Assembly (NCBI RefSeq): GCF_009914755.1
Contig: NC_060928.1
DNA from: the human T2T-CHM13v2.0 reference genome, Homo sapiens
Length of the DNA: 64,000 nucleotides
Strand: one strand, 5' to 3'
Part shown: in pieces, positions 44,440 to 60,017 of the stretch
How positions within the stretch are numbered: position 1 is the first letter of the stretch
Layout: each line of letters starts with the position of its first letter
Notes under the pieces: model-generated
Told to the model about the DNA's origin: nothing
Seen by the model: the letters and a program-made list of their open reading frames with translations, nothing else
Database searches by the model: none
Position numbers and translations under genes: made by a program

Positions 44440-44753
44440 GGCTGGCGCAGTGGCTCACGCCTGTAATCCCAGCACTTTGGGAGGCCGAGGCGTGGGGATC
44501 ACGAGGTCAGGAGTTCAAGACCAGCCTGGCCAACATGGTGAAACCCTGTCTCTACTAAAAATACAAAAATTAGTTGGGTGTGGTGGTGGGGCCCCTGTAA
44601 TCCCAGCTACTCGGGAGGCTGAGGCAGAGAATTGCTTGAACCCGGGAGACGGAAGCTGCAGTGAGCTGAGATCGCACCACTGCACTCCAGCCTGGGAGAC
44701 AAGGCAAGACTTCATCTCAGAAAAAAAAAAAAGAAAAACAGAAAAAAAGAAAA
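44440..44753 (+). mobile_element. AluSg-like
   Basis: TSD aaaagatgtgagct at 44426 and 44754. Confidence 0.94.
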
Positions 44754-44899
44754 AAAAGATGTGAGCTGTGTATTTATGGGTAACACTTCATCTTAGATAA
44801 CCAGTGCATATTCTGGCTACTGCTGGGTGAGAAAACAGCTTTTTAAAAGCTGACTTATCAATACTATGATAGCCCCATTTAGAAAACAATAAAATATTT

Positions 44900-45488
<589 letters not shown>

Positions 45489-46356
45489 ATTTATCACCTT
45501 TTATAATTAGAAACTACATTTTTAAAAGCTTGCTGATTTCAAAGGTGACTGTAAATTACAGTAGTGAAAATAATCATTATTGAGTTTGTGATAAAAGCTA
45601 GTTTTTTGAAATGTACAAGAAAGAAAAGAGCAAAGAATGCAAAAAACACCTAGATTAACCTGAAACGGGTCAAATGCTTCAGTTTGTCTCTCAAGTACAG
45701 CAGCCACTGTCTTAGAAGAATAACATCCATCTGTTTTCTATCTGCTACAGTACATTGCATAACATTTTTAGAAATATGCATGTTTCCTTTTACTATTGAT
45801 ACAAAAGATATATCTGCATAACGTAGATCCTATTGACTATAGAAATTATGTCCTGAAAGAAAAATTTCACTTGGTTGAAAAAAATAATAGCTTCAATCTG
45901 CAGGTCCCTGCTAATATGAAACTTGGCATAGTCCTCCTAGTTCCCAATAATAGTGATAGTAAATACCTCAAAGAAATTTTTAATTAATAAAATCAAAAGG
46001 TATAAGTATACTATAAACATTTTCTGCCTACTTGAATGGAATAAACTTGGAAGAACTTTGGGAGATTACATAGAAGAGTTGGCTGTTACAGAATTATAAG
46101 TAGTTTAATTAAAGTTGTAGAGCATGAAATGAGTTTTTTTCCTGGATTTCTCTGGTAATCAATCCATTATTCCACAGTTGGATGGAACCATGGTCAGCAA
46201 AGGGAGAAAGCTTTAGTGGTCATGAAAAGAAAATTTGGTGATACTTTTCTTTTAATAGAATGTTTACAAGTAAAGTCAGGCATTAATAGTTTGTGTTCTA
46301 GACCTCTACACAAAAATTTCAGAAATAACTTGCTTGAATCTTTTATTTTTTAGCCA

Positions 46357-46574
46357 ACAGTGTGTCCCATCTTGGGCTGAAGTGGGGGGAACCTCTATCA
46401 GAGTCATTTTAAAAGTTCAGGGACTTGGATTCTGTGACTGGAGAATCTGATTCAGTAGGTTTTCAGTAGTGTCAGGGAGACAGTATTTAAACAAAACAAA
46501 GCACAGCAAAACAAAACAGAACAGAAAGCCTCCTCCAGTCATTTTGGTGTGCAGTCCAAATTGAGAATGACTGG
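46357..46574. mobile_element. MER5A-like
   Basis: tctgattcagtaggt...tgtgcagtccaaattgagaatgactg. Confidence 0.55.
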
Positions 46575-47194
46575 GCCATATGTGCCAGCCATTGAGGATA
46601 CAAAGAAGTAAGTTATCAGGCAGATCCTCATGTTGTTCATTCTCTGAAGAGCAGCTCAGAGTCTACTCTTTAAAATTGGTAAAATATTTCTTTTTCTAAT
46701 AAAAAAGATCTTTTCCTGTCATGAACTCTTCTCCCACATGTTGATAGTTTTTATGTTTATTGTCTGAGGTTCTACCATGCCAGGAATATGAGGGCAAAGA
46801 ACAGGTCAGTGATTGATTCAATTATGTCAGCATAAATTATCAAAGATCTGAAATGGGCAGAAGAAATCACTGGGTGTCTGTTCACTGGAGTGCTAGGTGT
46901 TGTCTAACAGACCTCCAGGAATTATCTGATTCTATAAGGGTGTGCATATTTGATTCTCTTTCTAAGCTATTTTATAACTTGTAGAGGTAGATGTTAATTT
47001 GTAGAAAACTGATAAGGCAAATGAATCTTTTCCATAGAAATGCTAATACACTTTGTCAAGCAGAAATATAATTAATTTCTCTCCTAGAGAAAAGTAATCC
47101 CAAACATTAAATTTTACTGCCATGTAAGATACTAACCAGCTTTACATATATTAGCAAAATCGTTTCAGTATTTAGCATATGTGGTTGTCCATAT

Positions 47195-47557
47195 TGTATT
47201 AGTCCATTCTCACGCTGCTCTAAGGAGATACCTGAAACTGGGTAATTTATTAAGGAAAGAGGTTTAATTGACTCACAGTTCCACAGGACTGGGGAGGTGT
47301 CAGAAAACTTACAATCATGGCCAAAGGGGAAGCAAACACATGGCAGCAGGAAGGAGAATGAGATCTGAGCAAAGGGGAAGCCCTTTATAAAACCACCCCA
47401 TCTGGTGGGAAATTACTCATTATTACAAGAATAGCATAGGCCTGGGGAGGGAACCACCCCCATGATTCAAATATCTCCACCTGGTCCCACCTTTGACCTG
47501 TGGGGATTATTACAATTCAAGGTGAGATTTGGGTGGGGACACAGCCAAACCATATCA
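47195..47557 (-). mobile_element. THE1 (ERVL-MaLR) solo LTR
   Basis: tgtattagtccattctcacgctgct...ggggacacagccaaaccatatca; TG...CA ends; 5-bp TSD catat/catgt. Confidence 0.92.
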
Positions 47558-48656
47558 CATGTACATATATCAGATTCACCTTTGAACCAGTTTTAACATC
47601 TTACTGATCCTCTCATTAATTAATTAGCTACATAAAATCCTTTACTTATATCATCTTATATTGGTATGATAGCTATGACTTTACCATTTTGAAAATGGTG
47701 CTTTAACAACTATAAATCCTTACGTGACTCAGATTTGCCTTTGGAATGGATTTTCCATCTGGGATATTTCTATATCTGTTGCTCTTTCAAGTAGTGGCTA
47801 TTTTCTTACTCGTCACTACATGTCACTGGATCAGGAGACAGGATATTATATTCCCTTTGCTCATTGTTGCCCCTTTCAGAAGTTGAGACAATACATTCAC
47901 AAGTCTTTCTCTGATATCACAACACTAAAAAACAGAAAAAATTGGTACATCATCTGCCCTTGCTTTTTCTGAAAAATCTATTGTTTCAGATTTGTCAAGA
48001 AAAATCAAGTATCTTGCAACCATTGGTTACATCATAGTCATTCTCATGTCTTTTACTAAACTATAGTCATAAACTCCATTGCATTCACTGGAGAAACATT
48101 CCTTGCTATCATGGCAACAGGCAAAACATGTCAAAGTGATATGTAACTTGTACATATTTCTCTGACCTGTTGTATGGAGATGTGACTTTGTTCCTGAAAC
48201 AATTCAAAGATATTCTCTTTTGCTTTCTAGACCAATTAACTTTCTCATACTGAATAACCAGAACAAGAAAAAGCTGTCACTAGATACTTTCCGTAGTTAA
48301 TTAAGAAAACTCCAGCTGTGCCATTAGCCTACATAATTTATAAGCTCTTTCTGATTTTCTAACATTCCGATAGGTTCATTCTATTTTAAAAAATAAAAAA
48401 GAAGTACACTTTTGGAATATGTCATAAAAAGAAACATTTACCAAAGAGTAAAATCATCTGTGATAACCTGCTTATTAAATTTTAGAATTCTGATTATACA
48501 TTTAAAAATAGTACAAATACAGAGAAAATAATACTACACTGGACTTCACATTAAAGTGGTTGCTTTATTTTTTTGAACTCGCTTTGAAGTAATTATACTT
48601 GCCAGAAGTGTCTTTCATTTTTCTAAGCTGATAGAGTTAGAAAAAGTCTTAAATAG

Positions 48657-48714
48657 AAAAATAGTATGGTACTATAAAAATAGTATGGTACTATAAAAAA
48701 TAGTATGATACTGT
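48657..48714. repeat. 19-bp tandem repeat, 3 copies
   Basis: aaaaatagtatggtactat x2 plus one variant copy. Confidence 0.88.
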
Positions 48715-48820
48715 GGTATGTAGTTATCTAGTATAGTACTGTGAGACATTTCCATTGTCAACCATAAAAATATACATTTTTCTTAAAAGATCTAAGATAG
48801 AATTTTTTGGCAATCATAAT

Positions 48821-49503
<683 letters not shown>

Positions 49504-50512
49504 TCCATCTTCAGTTTTTTAAATTGAGTTCAGGGTAGAATATGACAACCACCACTCAGATTAGTCTATAAATAGGTAAATTTTTACTTACCAGTTAAAA
49601 TATCTTTGACTCCTTTCTTTGGTCAAAGTCAACTTCTGCTTTTAGGAAGTCCATGATTTACACTACTATACTTCTCTTATTGGCTTGAAAATGATTGACA
49701 TCTTATTAATTCATTAAGTAAATATCTGTTCTAAAAAGGGATTACAATGAGAAAGGCAAATTGCCTTCAGAATTATGAACAAGTGAAGAAATGAAAAGAT
49801 CTTTATGGCAGGGAAGCTCCTGAACTTGTTGGCTTGTTGTGACCAATCTTCATCCATTTTGAGGATTCATTGTGTTATTGTGTTCATGGGCAGCACTGCA
49901 TTAATCTTTCTTCTGTGCTTCTGTTGTGGCCAGCATAGGCACTAGCCAGCTGGCCAGGCTTAGTTTTTCCTAAGAAATCTTCTATTTCTTGACCTCAGAT
50001 GACTGGTCTCTAGGTGAATTCAGAGATAAATGAGGTCTGGATTACAATGAGTGATTGTTCTTGCATCCAGAGTCAGGCGCCTCCATGGTAGTTCTCACTC
50101 TCACAATCTGCACTGAAGACTCAGCCTTAGTTCTCTCTCTCTCTGAGGACCACAATCCTAATGACGCCCCTCTCTGCATGAGGACAGGCATGGTGACTTG
50201 TTCTGTCTTCTTCCTAGAAAGTAGTAGCCTATACAGATGTTGAAAGAAAAATTATCCTATGCCCAGGTTACGAGTAGACATTACCCAGTTAGGAGACTGT
50301 GATAGGATCTGTGATTCATAAAGTACAGTCTCTTTGAGTGATTGTCTTGTCACTTGTGAAATAATGAACTTTTTGCTTCCAATGTCACATAATGGAGTTG
50401 GTGAATAGGGTGTGCTGAAAGGGTAGAGGAATGGAAGGAGGAAGATCTGATCAGAAATGAAAGCTCCCTTTTTTTTTTTAACAGCCATTTTCCTGCTCAT
50501 TGAATATGTTTA

Positions 50513-50823
50513 GGCTGTGTCTGGTGGCTCACGTCTGTAAGCCCAGCACTTTTTGGGGGCTGAGGCGGGCAGATTGTTTGAGCCAAGGAGTTTCAGACTA
50601 GCCTGGGCAACATGGTGAGACCCAGTCTCTAAAAAAAATACAAAAATTAGCCAGGTTTGGTGTGCACACACACCTGTAGTCCCAGCTACTTGGGAGGCTG
50701 AGGTGGGAGGATCACCTGAGTCCAGGGAGGTCAAGGCTATGGTGAGCTGAGATCACGCCACTGCACTCCAGCCTGGGCGACAGAGCCAGACCCTGTCTCA
50801 AAAAAAAAAAAAAGAAAAGAAAA
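50513..50823 (+). mobile_element. AluJb-like
   Basis: ttgagccaaggag, gggaggatcacctgag and aggtcaaggct. Confidence 0.92.
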
Positions 50824-50957
50824 TGTTCAAGTGTTGTTGAGGAGTGCTACCTCTACCCAGGCAGGGGAGTTATAGTATGAGGGGCACACAGGGAAGGCTG
50901 GATTTGACTTTGTAAACGGTTAAAAAAAAAATGTAGGAGTAAGACTTAAAGTGATGA

Positions 50958-51346
<389 letters not shown>

Positions 51347-51709
51347 TTAGACAGGCATTGAGAAGAACTACCAGAATTTTGGTCAGAACACAAGGTCATG
51401 GAGGCCTCAAGGTATGAGTTGTAGATAGGCAGGAAGTCTGATGATTTCTAACAGTTCCTTCAGTCCTTTCCTCACAGTTATGATAAGAGGTTTTAAACCC
51501 AGGGTCGACTCTGCACATGGCTAGGGAGAAAGGCTGGGTGCAGATGATCAGAGGGAATTTTTGGGGAAGTGGTTAAGCAGAGCAGGGCCGTGGAGACCGG
51601 AGTCTTAGTGGTTGGAAATAAGAGGCACCCTGAAAAACTGAGGTCTTCTTCTCAATCCCATTTTATCGTAGACTCAAAGCATAAATCTGTGGTTTTCAAG
51701 AAGCTGTAG

Positions 51710-52060
<351 letters not shown>

Positions 52061-52461
52061 TAACTGTAGGTTGGTCTTGATGTTTGGAGAATCATGTGAT
52101 AACTCTTTCAAACAGTATCCTATGCTGATTTATAACCCCAATCCAGATGTCTCTAACTATCTTAATAGGAATTGCACATTTTAAACAGGTAGAGTTAATA
52201 TTTGCTTATAATTGGAAGTGACATGAAATCAAACAATAAAACCTTATCATGACTGTAAAAAATTGAGAATTGCTGTTTAATAGAACATAGGTACTGAAGA
52301 TTCAATTTAATCCATATATTCATACTTAAAAAGACAACATAGAATATTATAGTGCTCCTACTTTTAAGAACTAGCTATTTATCAACAAGTGTTAACTTGT
52401 GGTGTACTAAGTGCAAGAGACAGCCTTTAGCCCGAAGATAGTGATAAAAATGACATATTTG

Positions 52462-52863
<402 letters not shown>

Positions 52864-53364
52864 GATACATTTGGCTGAAATGTTATATGATCCTAACAAA
52901 GTAGTTTCATTCTGCAGCTGTGACTTTTTTTTTTCCTGTAAAGAGTATAAGTTTTAGTGTTAGTCCAAAGTTTAAGTTGTTTGTAATCAGATTTAGTAAA
53001 ATGTAAGGCCAATGAGAAAGAGAGTCTTTATCTTAAAAATACTTCCCAGATTACTACCTATAATTTCACTCTTCAAAGATCTCTTTCAATTAGTTTTCAA
53101 AATAGTTTAATACTAGAAAACATTAAAATTTCACTCATGTAAATGAGTGAAATTAATCAAAGGAATCAACTTCATGTTACTTTTGAAATTCTATTTCTTT
53201 CTATATTCAGAATAATGTAAAAGTTCAATGATCCACCAAAATCAACTCCCTTTCTTCTTTGCCTCTGTTATTGTACCTTTTTCTATTTGGTTATAATTTC
53301 CATGGTATAGCAGAAATAAGAATGGATCAGAAGTTAAGGGGCATGATTCATGAATAAATTAACT

Positions 53365-53703
53365 GTAAAAAATGTTTTGGATATAAGCAGGGAAATTTGG
53401 ATATTAAGTGGGAATTAGTTGATATTAAGAAATTGTTGTTACTTTTGTTAGCTGTCATACCAGTTCATGGTTATATAAACAAATGTACTTACATATATTT
53501 TAGAGATGCACACTAAAGGATTTGTGGTGAAATGCCAGGATGCCTGGAATTTGCTTTAAAATACTTTAGCGAAGTATTAAAAAATTAAGTGAAGACAATG
53601 TTATTAATTGTTAAATCTAAGGAATGGAAATATAGGTGTTCACTTTACAAGTCTCCCTCTGCTTTTATATATGTCTGAAATTTTTCAAAATAAAAAATTA
53701 AAC
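53365..53703 (+). mobile_element. L1ME/MC 3' end
   Basis: ttttagagatgcacactaaagg...ctggaatttgctttaaaatac...gaaatttttcaaaataaaa. Confidence 0.7.
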
Positions 53704-53851
53704 AAAAACAAAACCAGAGGTAGATATTCTGGTTTCTGATGCACACTCTGTAGCTTTGGATATATCACCTAACCCTTCTGATTTTCAATTTTTCCAGTTT
53801 TAAAATTGAAGAAAAAAAGAGCCACCTAACTGTGAGGATCAGACAGTCTAA

Positions 53852-54208
<357 letters not shown>

Positions 54209-54284
54209 TAAGGTACAAATAATTAATGTAAACATAATCACCTAACCTTGTGGAATTTTTTTTTTTTTGAGAAGCAAATTGCAA

Positions 54285-54645
54285 ATTTGTGATAGATCTA
54301 AAGGAGATTGACTAAGAGGGTGACCATCTGGAAATGACGTCATGTGAGAATGGTTAAAGATGCTCGGGAGATTGAGCCTAGAGAAAGGAAGATTTGTGAA
54401 AGGGTTGGGGGAGTTGGAGCCTGTTCGTTGTTTTGAAATATTTCAAGTTATGAAAATTCACCTAGTGTAGTTTCGGGAGACAGAATTGTGACCAATTTAT
54501 GAGAGAATAAATTAGAAGGTTTGGAATCAGAATTTGGAAGAGCTTCTTAATAAAAACTTTTGCAAGATAGAATTTAAGTGTCTTGTAAAATAAGGTGATT
54601 TCCGTAATTGAAGTTTTCCGAGGAAGCTAGTGACCAACTGCAGAG
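54285..54645 (+). mobile_element. L3/CR1 3' fragment
   Basis: tctggaaatgacgtcatgtgagaatggttaaagatgctcgggagattgagcctagagaaaggaaga resembles the CR1/L3 ORF2 C-terminal region. Confidence 0.6.
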
Positions 54646-54999
54646 CCGTGCTAAGGTGTTTCTGTCTTTGACCTCGAGGTTGGATCCAGCTGAGCCTTGA
54701 GAAACATTCCAGCTGTCTGTGGCTTCATGAGTCCCTGTTGCTCCATATCTTTCTACTTTTCATTTTATCCAGAACATTACTCTCTCGACATTCTTTTCTT
54801 CTCCCTCCGGTCTCCTAATTCCTTTCTATTTGAATTTTTAATCAACTTTTCTATATTTTCAACATTTTAGTCAATTCAGTGGTATTTATTAGATTCCACG
54901 ACCACATTTCCTCTTTCAGCCCCGCTTCCTCTCCTCAGTATTTATTGTATTTGTTTCTTCACATTTTGTTAAACACATGGTTACAGGATAGAATTAATT

Positions 55000-55620
55000 T
55001 ATAATAACTATTGAGCATTCTTTATGTGTCAGGCAATATTTTTGGGCACTGGAGATTCAGCACTGAACAAAATAAAATATCCTTGCTTTCATGTTGTTTA
55101 TATTCTAGTGGAAGGTGACAGAAAAATGAAATATATGCTATGTATATGTGATGTATATATTACACTTATGATAAGTGCTACAAAGAAAAATACATGAGAG
55201 TGCTGGGAATAGGAAGGGCAGAGGAGGGGATGTTCTTTATATAGGATAGACAGGAAGGTCATTCTGATTAGATGGCATTTGAGTAGAGATCTGAAGGGAG
55301 TAAGAGAACAAACTTTAGATATTGGAGGAAAGAATCTTCCATATTTAGGGAACAATGGGGGACAAAGTCCTCAGGTGAGAACGTATTTTGGTTGTTCCAG
55401 GAGCACCAAAGCATTCACTGTGGCTGGAGTAGGTAAGCAAGGAGGAAGTGTAGGAACCGAAGTCAGAGAAAGTGTGTGTGTGTGTGTGTGTGTGTGTAGG
55501 GTGCAGTTGGGTGCTAGAACACATAGTGCCTTATAAGTTCTTGGCTTTACTTCTAGTGAGATAGGGTGCCACAGGAGGGCTTCTAACTGAGATGTGACAT
55601 GATCCAAACTGTATTTTAAA
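55000..55620 (-). mobile_element. L2a containing (TG)n at 55473-55497
   Basis: tattgagcattctttatgtgtcaggc...catttgagtagagatctgaagg...gtgacatgatc. Confidence 0.8.
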
Positions 55621-55937
55621 TATATTTTCTTTCATTCAGATTTACTGCTTTGAAAAGTGGAAGTTAAACAGAAATCTAAGTGTAAAACTGTGAAGGCAAA
55701 TATATAATCTTTGGTTTATTTGAATCACTATTCTTTGAGTCCTTCTGATGGGGCAGGCATAGTGCCTAATTCTAGGAGAAAGATGTCTGAGCCAGGTACT
55801 TGCCTTTGAGATCATCTGTCTGGTGTCTTTTCTTCTCAGTTCTGTTATTATTGAAGCACACAATAAGCATAACAATGACAATGACAAATCCCCTTTGAGA
55901 GTCTTGCACAGTTAATACTGTGAAGAATATAAAAATA

Positions 55938-56232
55938 GGCCTAACACTTTGGGAGGCCGAGGCAGGTGGATTGCTTTAGCTTGGCAGTTTGAGACCAGCC
56001 TGGGCAACATGGCAAAACCCCGTCTTTATAAAAAATACAAAAATTAGTTGGGTGTGGTGGCGCACACCTGTATTCACAGCTACTGGGGAGGCTGAAGCAA
56101 AAGAATTGCTTGAACCATGGGAGGCAGAGGTTGCAGTGAGCCGAGATCATGCCACTGCATTCCAGCCTGGGCAAAAGACTGAGACCTTGTCTCAAAACAA
56201 ACAAACAAACAAACAAACAAACAAACTCAACC
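55938..56232 (+). mobile_element. AluJb-like, A-box region deleted, (AAAC)n tail
   Basis: ggcc joined directly to taacactttggg; TSD aagaatata(a/g)aaata. Confidence 0.9.
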
Positions 56233-56700
56233 AAGAATATAGAAATATACAATAAGACCCCTCAAAGAACTTAACCATCATTCACAGCAAGAGACAAGGA
56301 AAGACATACAGAAATTAAAAATTTACAAAGCAACATCAGTGATGGAAAATAAAGAAAGCTAATCTTTCCTGGGACAGGTTAGTCTCAGAAAGACTGTTGC
56401 TAAGTTAATCTGTCACTAGCTCAAAATGACAGTCTGTCAGTGGCCACTGTCACCACCTATAGTGTAGGCAGCTTCTGCGTTCTTTTTTCCTGAAGCATTG
56501 CTTTGTCTGTCTCTGAAATTATGTTAATTGAAAGTTTGTAAATGGAAGAGCTTCAGCATTGTACAGAACCAAATGGCTGATGACTTGGGAAGTTAAGTGT
56601 AAAGAGCTCTGGGATGTGAGAAGTAGAAACAATGATAACACTAATAATTAATATGTATTGAGCACTTTCTATGTGCTAGATACTTTTCTAATCATTATCC

Positions 56701-56994
56701 TTTTTTTTTTTTTTGAGATGGAGTCCCACTCTGTCACCCAGGCTGGAGTGTAGTGGCGTGATCTCAGCTCACTGCAGCCTCCGCCTCCGGCGTTCAAGCG
56801 ATCCTCCTGCCTCAGCCTCCTGAGTAGCTGGGATTACAGGCGCGTGCCACCACACCTGGCTAATTTTTGTATTTTTAGTAGAGATAGGGTTTTACCATGT
56901 GGATCAGGCTGGTCTCGAACTCCAGACCTCGTAATCTGCCTGCCTCGGCTTCCCAAAGTGCTGGGATTACAGGCGTGAGCCACCACGCCCGGCC
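56701..56994 (-). mobile_element. AluS (Sg/Sc-like) inserted in a MIR
   Basis: Reverse dimer; TSD cattatcc; MIR-like flanks 56640-57075. Confidence 0.92.
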
Positions 56995-57132
56995 AGCATT
57001 ATCCATTTTTAAACTCGTTTTAGTCTTGCAAACTTATGAGGTACTATTACTATTCCTATTTCACCAAGATGGAGGTCAATAATCTACACAGATCATGTTC
57101 CAAACTACTATACCAATAAAGTTTATTTATAA

Positions 57133-57442
57133 TTTTTTTTTTGTTTGTTTGTTTTTTGAGACAAGGTCTCACTCTGTTGCCCAGGCTGTAGTGCAGTGGC
57201 GTGATCATAGCTCATTGCAGCCTCAATCTCCGGGGCTCAAGTGATTCTCCACTTCGGCCTCCCAAGAAGTTGGGACTACAGGCATGCACCATCGTGCCTG
57301 GCTAATTTTTTTAGTTTTTATTTTTAGCAGAGACAAGGTCTTACTGTGTTGCTCAGGCTGGTCTTGGACTGAACTCAAGCAATCCTCCCGCCTCTGCCTC
57401 CCAAAGTGCTGGAATCATAGACATGAGCCATCACGCCTGGCC
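57133..57442 (-). mobile_element. AluJ
   Basis: gatcatagctcattgcagcctcaa J diagnostics. Confidence 0.92.
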
Positions 57443-57679
57443 TACTTATAGTTTTTAAGCACTTTTAAAATTTTTGTCCAACAAATAGATCTGAATTTGG
57501 TTCTGAAAGCTTACAAGTATCCTAGCAGGGGATCGAAGGATGGGTAAATTAGTGATGGGTGACAAAAATCTCACCTTCCATGACTTACCTTTTGGATGGC
57601 AGGCTCTATATGGAAGCGGCTATAAAAGTACTCAAGATATGTGAGTATAGAATTTCTTTGTAAAACCACAATTATTGTC

Positions 57680-57978
57680 TTTTTTTTTTTTTTTTGAGAC
57701 ACAGTCTTGCTTTCTCCACCAGGCTGGAGTACAGTGGTGCGATCTTGGCTCACTGCAACCCTCTGCCTCCTGGGTTCAAGTGATTCTCATGCTTCAGCCT
57801 CCTGAGTAGCTGGGATTACAGGCACCTGCCACCACCTCCAGATAATTTTTGTGTTTTTAGTAGAGACTGGGTTTCGCCATGTTGGCCAGGCTGGTCTCCA
57901 ACTCCTGACCTCAGGTGATCCACCCGCCTCGGCCTCCCAAAGTGCTGATATTACAGGCGTGAGCCACCGCGCCCGGCC
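57680..57978 (-). mobile_element. AluSx-like
   Basis: Full reverse dimer. Confidence 0.93.
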
Positions 57979-58199
57979 TTATTACCTTTTTTGACTTGGA
58001 CATTTTTCGGTCTGATTAGTTTGGTTTCCTTGCCTGAAGCAGTTACATTCATTATTGTTATGCTCTGAAGAAATTCCTATTCTTTAGGCCTAGCCTACCC
58101 TGAAGGTCTATTGGCTATGATGTTTTCAGTGGTACAAGAGACCCTCAAATAGCTCATGTAATGGATATGGCTTATAGAATTGAGGTGGTCCTTAGAAAA

Positions 58200-58700
58200 G
58201 ATGGCCTCTGCAACTTATTAGCTGTCTTAGTGGCCTTGGGCAAGTTATTCCATCTTTTTATAACAGTTTCCCCAGCTGTGAATGAAAATAATAATAGAAT
58301 CTAACTCATAGTGTTGTTATGAGTATGAATGAATATTTTAAAACACTTGGAACAGTTTATTATACATAGTGGGCACAAAGTTAAAAAAATAAGTTGAAAA
58401 ATACTATTTACTATATTCATAATCCCCCAAACCATGCATTTTCTCTTAACCAAAATGTCATGTTAGAATCATGTGACTACATGTGTCCACAATAGCACTT
58501 TCACAGAGTTTAAATCATTTCATCTTTATAAGACCCTCTCAGGTGAGTAAAGATGTATTACTCTATGTTTTTCTAACGAGAAACTGAGGTTCATGGTGAT
58601 TTGGTGAGTTACCCCTGGTGACTCATCTTAAGTGGATTAAAGGTGAACTAAAGCTAGGACTTGAACACACATCTCTAGATTCCTTCTCCAGACTTCTTTT
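58200..58700. mobile_element. Two MIRs in opposite orientation (about 58200-58380 plus; about 58490-58700 minus)
   Basis: ggccttgggcaagttatt...; gagaaactgagg...ggacttgaac. Confidence 0.65.
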
Positions 58701-59007
58701 TTCCATCATTCTGTACTATTTCTTTTCAGGAGTTCTGTTCATTCATGGTGAGGAATCTATCTACCGCTATATGTGTTGGGGTATGATTAAGATCATGCCT
58801 GAACTGTCTTATGAGAGAAGGTGGTATGTTCCAGCAATCTACTTTTATCTAATCTTTCTGTATATTTTTTGTTTTCCCCAAAATGATATATTTTAAGCTG
58901 TATTTTGGTCATCCCAAAAATCAAGTAATGGCAAAATTAAAGCAAACAAAAAGAATGCATTCCAGTGGAGGCAAGCTAAGTAAATTTTTATTCGGCTCAA
59001 TCAGACA

Positions 59008-59021
59008 TTGCCACCTAGTGG
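59008..59021 (-). promoter_or_regulatory. CTCF core motif
   Basis: Reverse complement reads CCACTAGGTGGCAA, matching CCASYAGRKGGCR. Confidence 0.55.
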
Positions 59022-59189
59022 ATTACTTCTAGATAGCAGAGATAAGAAAAGATTTAGAGGAGGCTTGAAGATATAAATGAAGAATGCTGAAATAAATAGA
59101 GAATGAAGAAAGGGGAGATTTAAGACATGGGTCTGTTTACCACTTTAGAGTCTCTAGTACCCTTTTAACAGCTCATCACTGAAATGTTA

Positions 59190-59300
59190 CCCTAGGATGT
59201 AAACTCCATGAAGGTAAAAATTTTTCTGTTCTGTTGACTACTGTGTCTCCAGAATCTAGAACAGTACCTGCCACATAGCAGGAACTCAGTGAATTAATGT
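59190..59300 (+). mobile_element. L2 3' end
   Basis: ctaggatgtaaactccatgaagg...ctagaacagtacctgccacatagcagg. Confidence 0.75.
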
Positions 59301-59501
59301 GAAAGTTGATTTCTTATATTTAAAATAAAAAGATTATTTACATTTTTCCTTTCACTGGAAATTTTTTTATAATTCATATATGAAAACAAGTTTGTCAGAG
59401 TTGGTTTTCTTTTTTGTGCGTTATAGTTTTGTACCCTAGCTACTATTGTAAAGTTAGTATGCTAATATTGTGTGAAACTTAAAACAAATATTTTATTTTA
59501 A

Positions 59502-60017
<516 letters not shown>

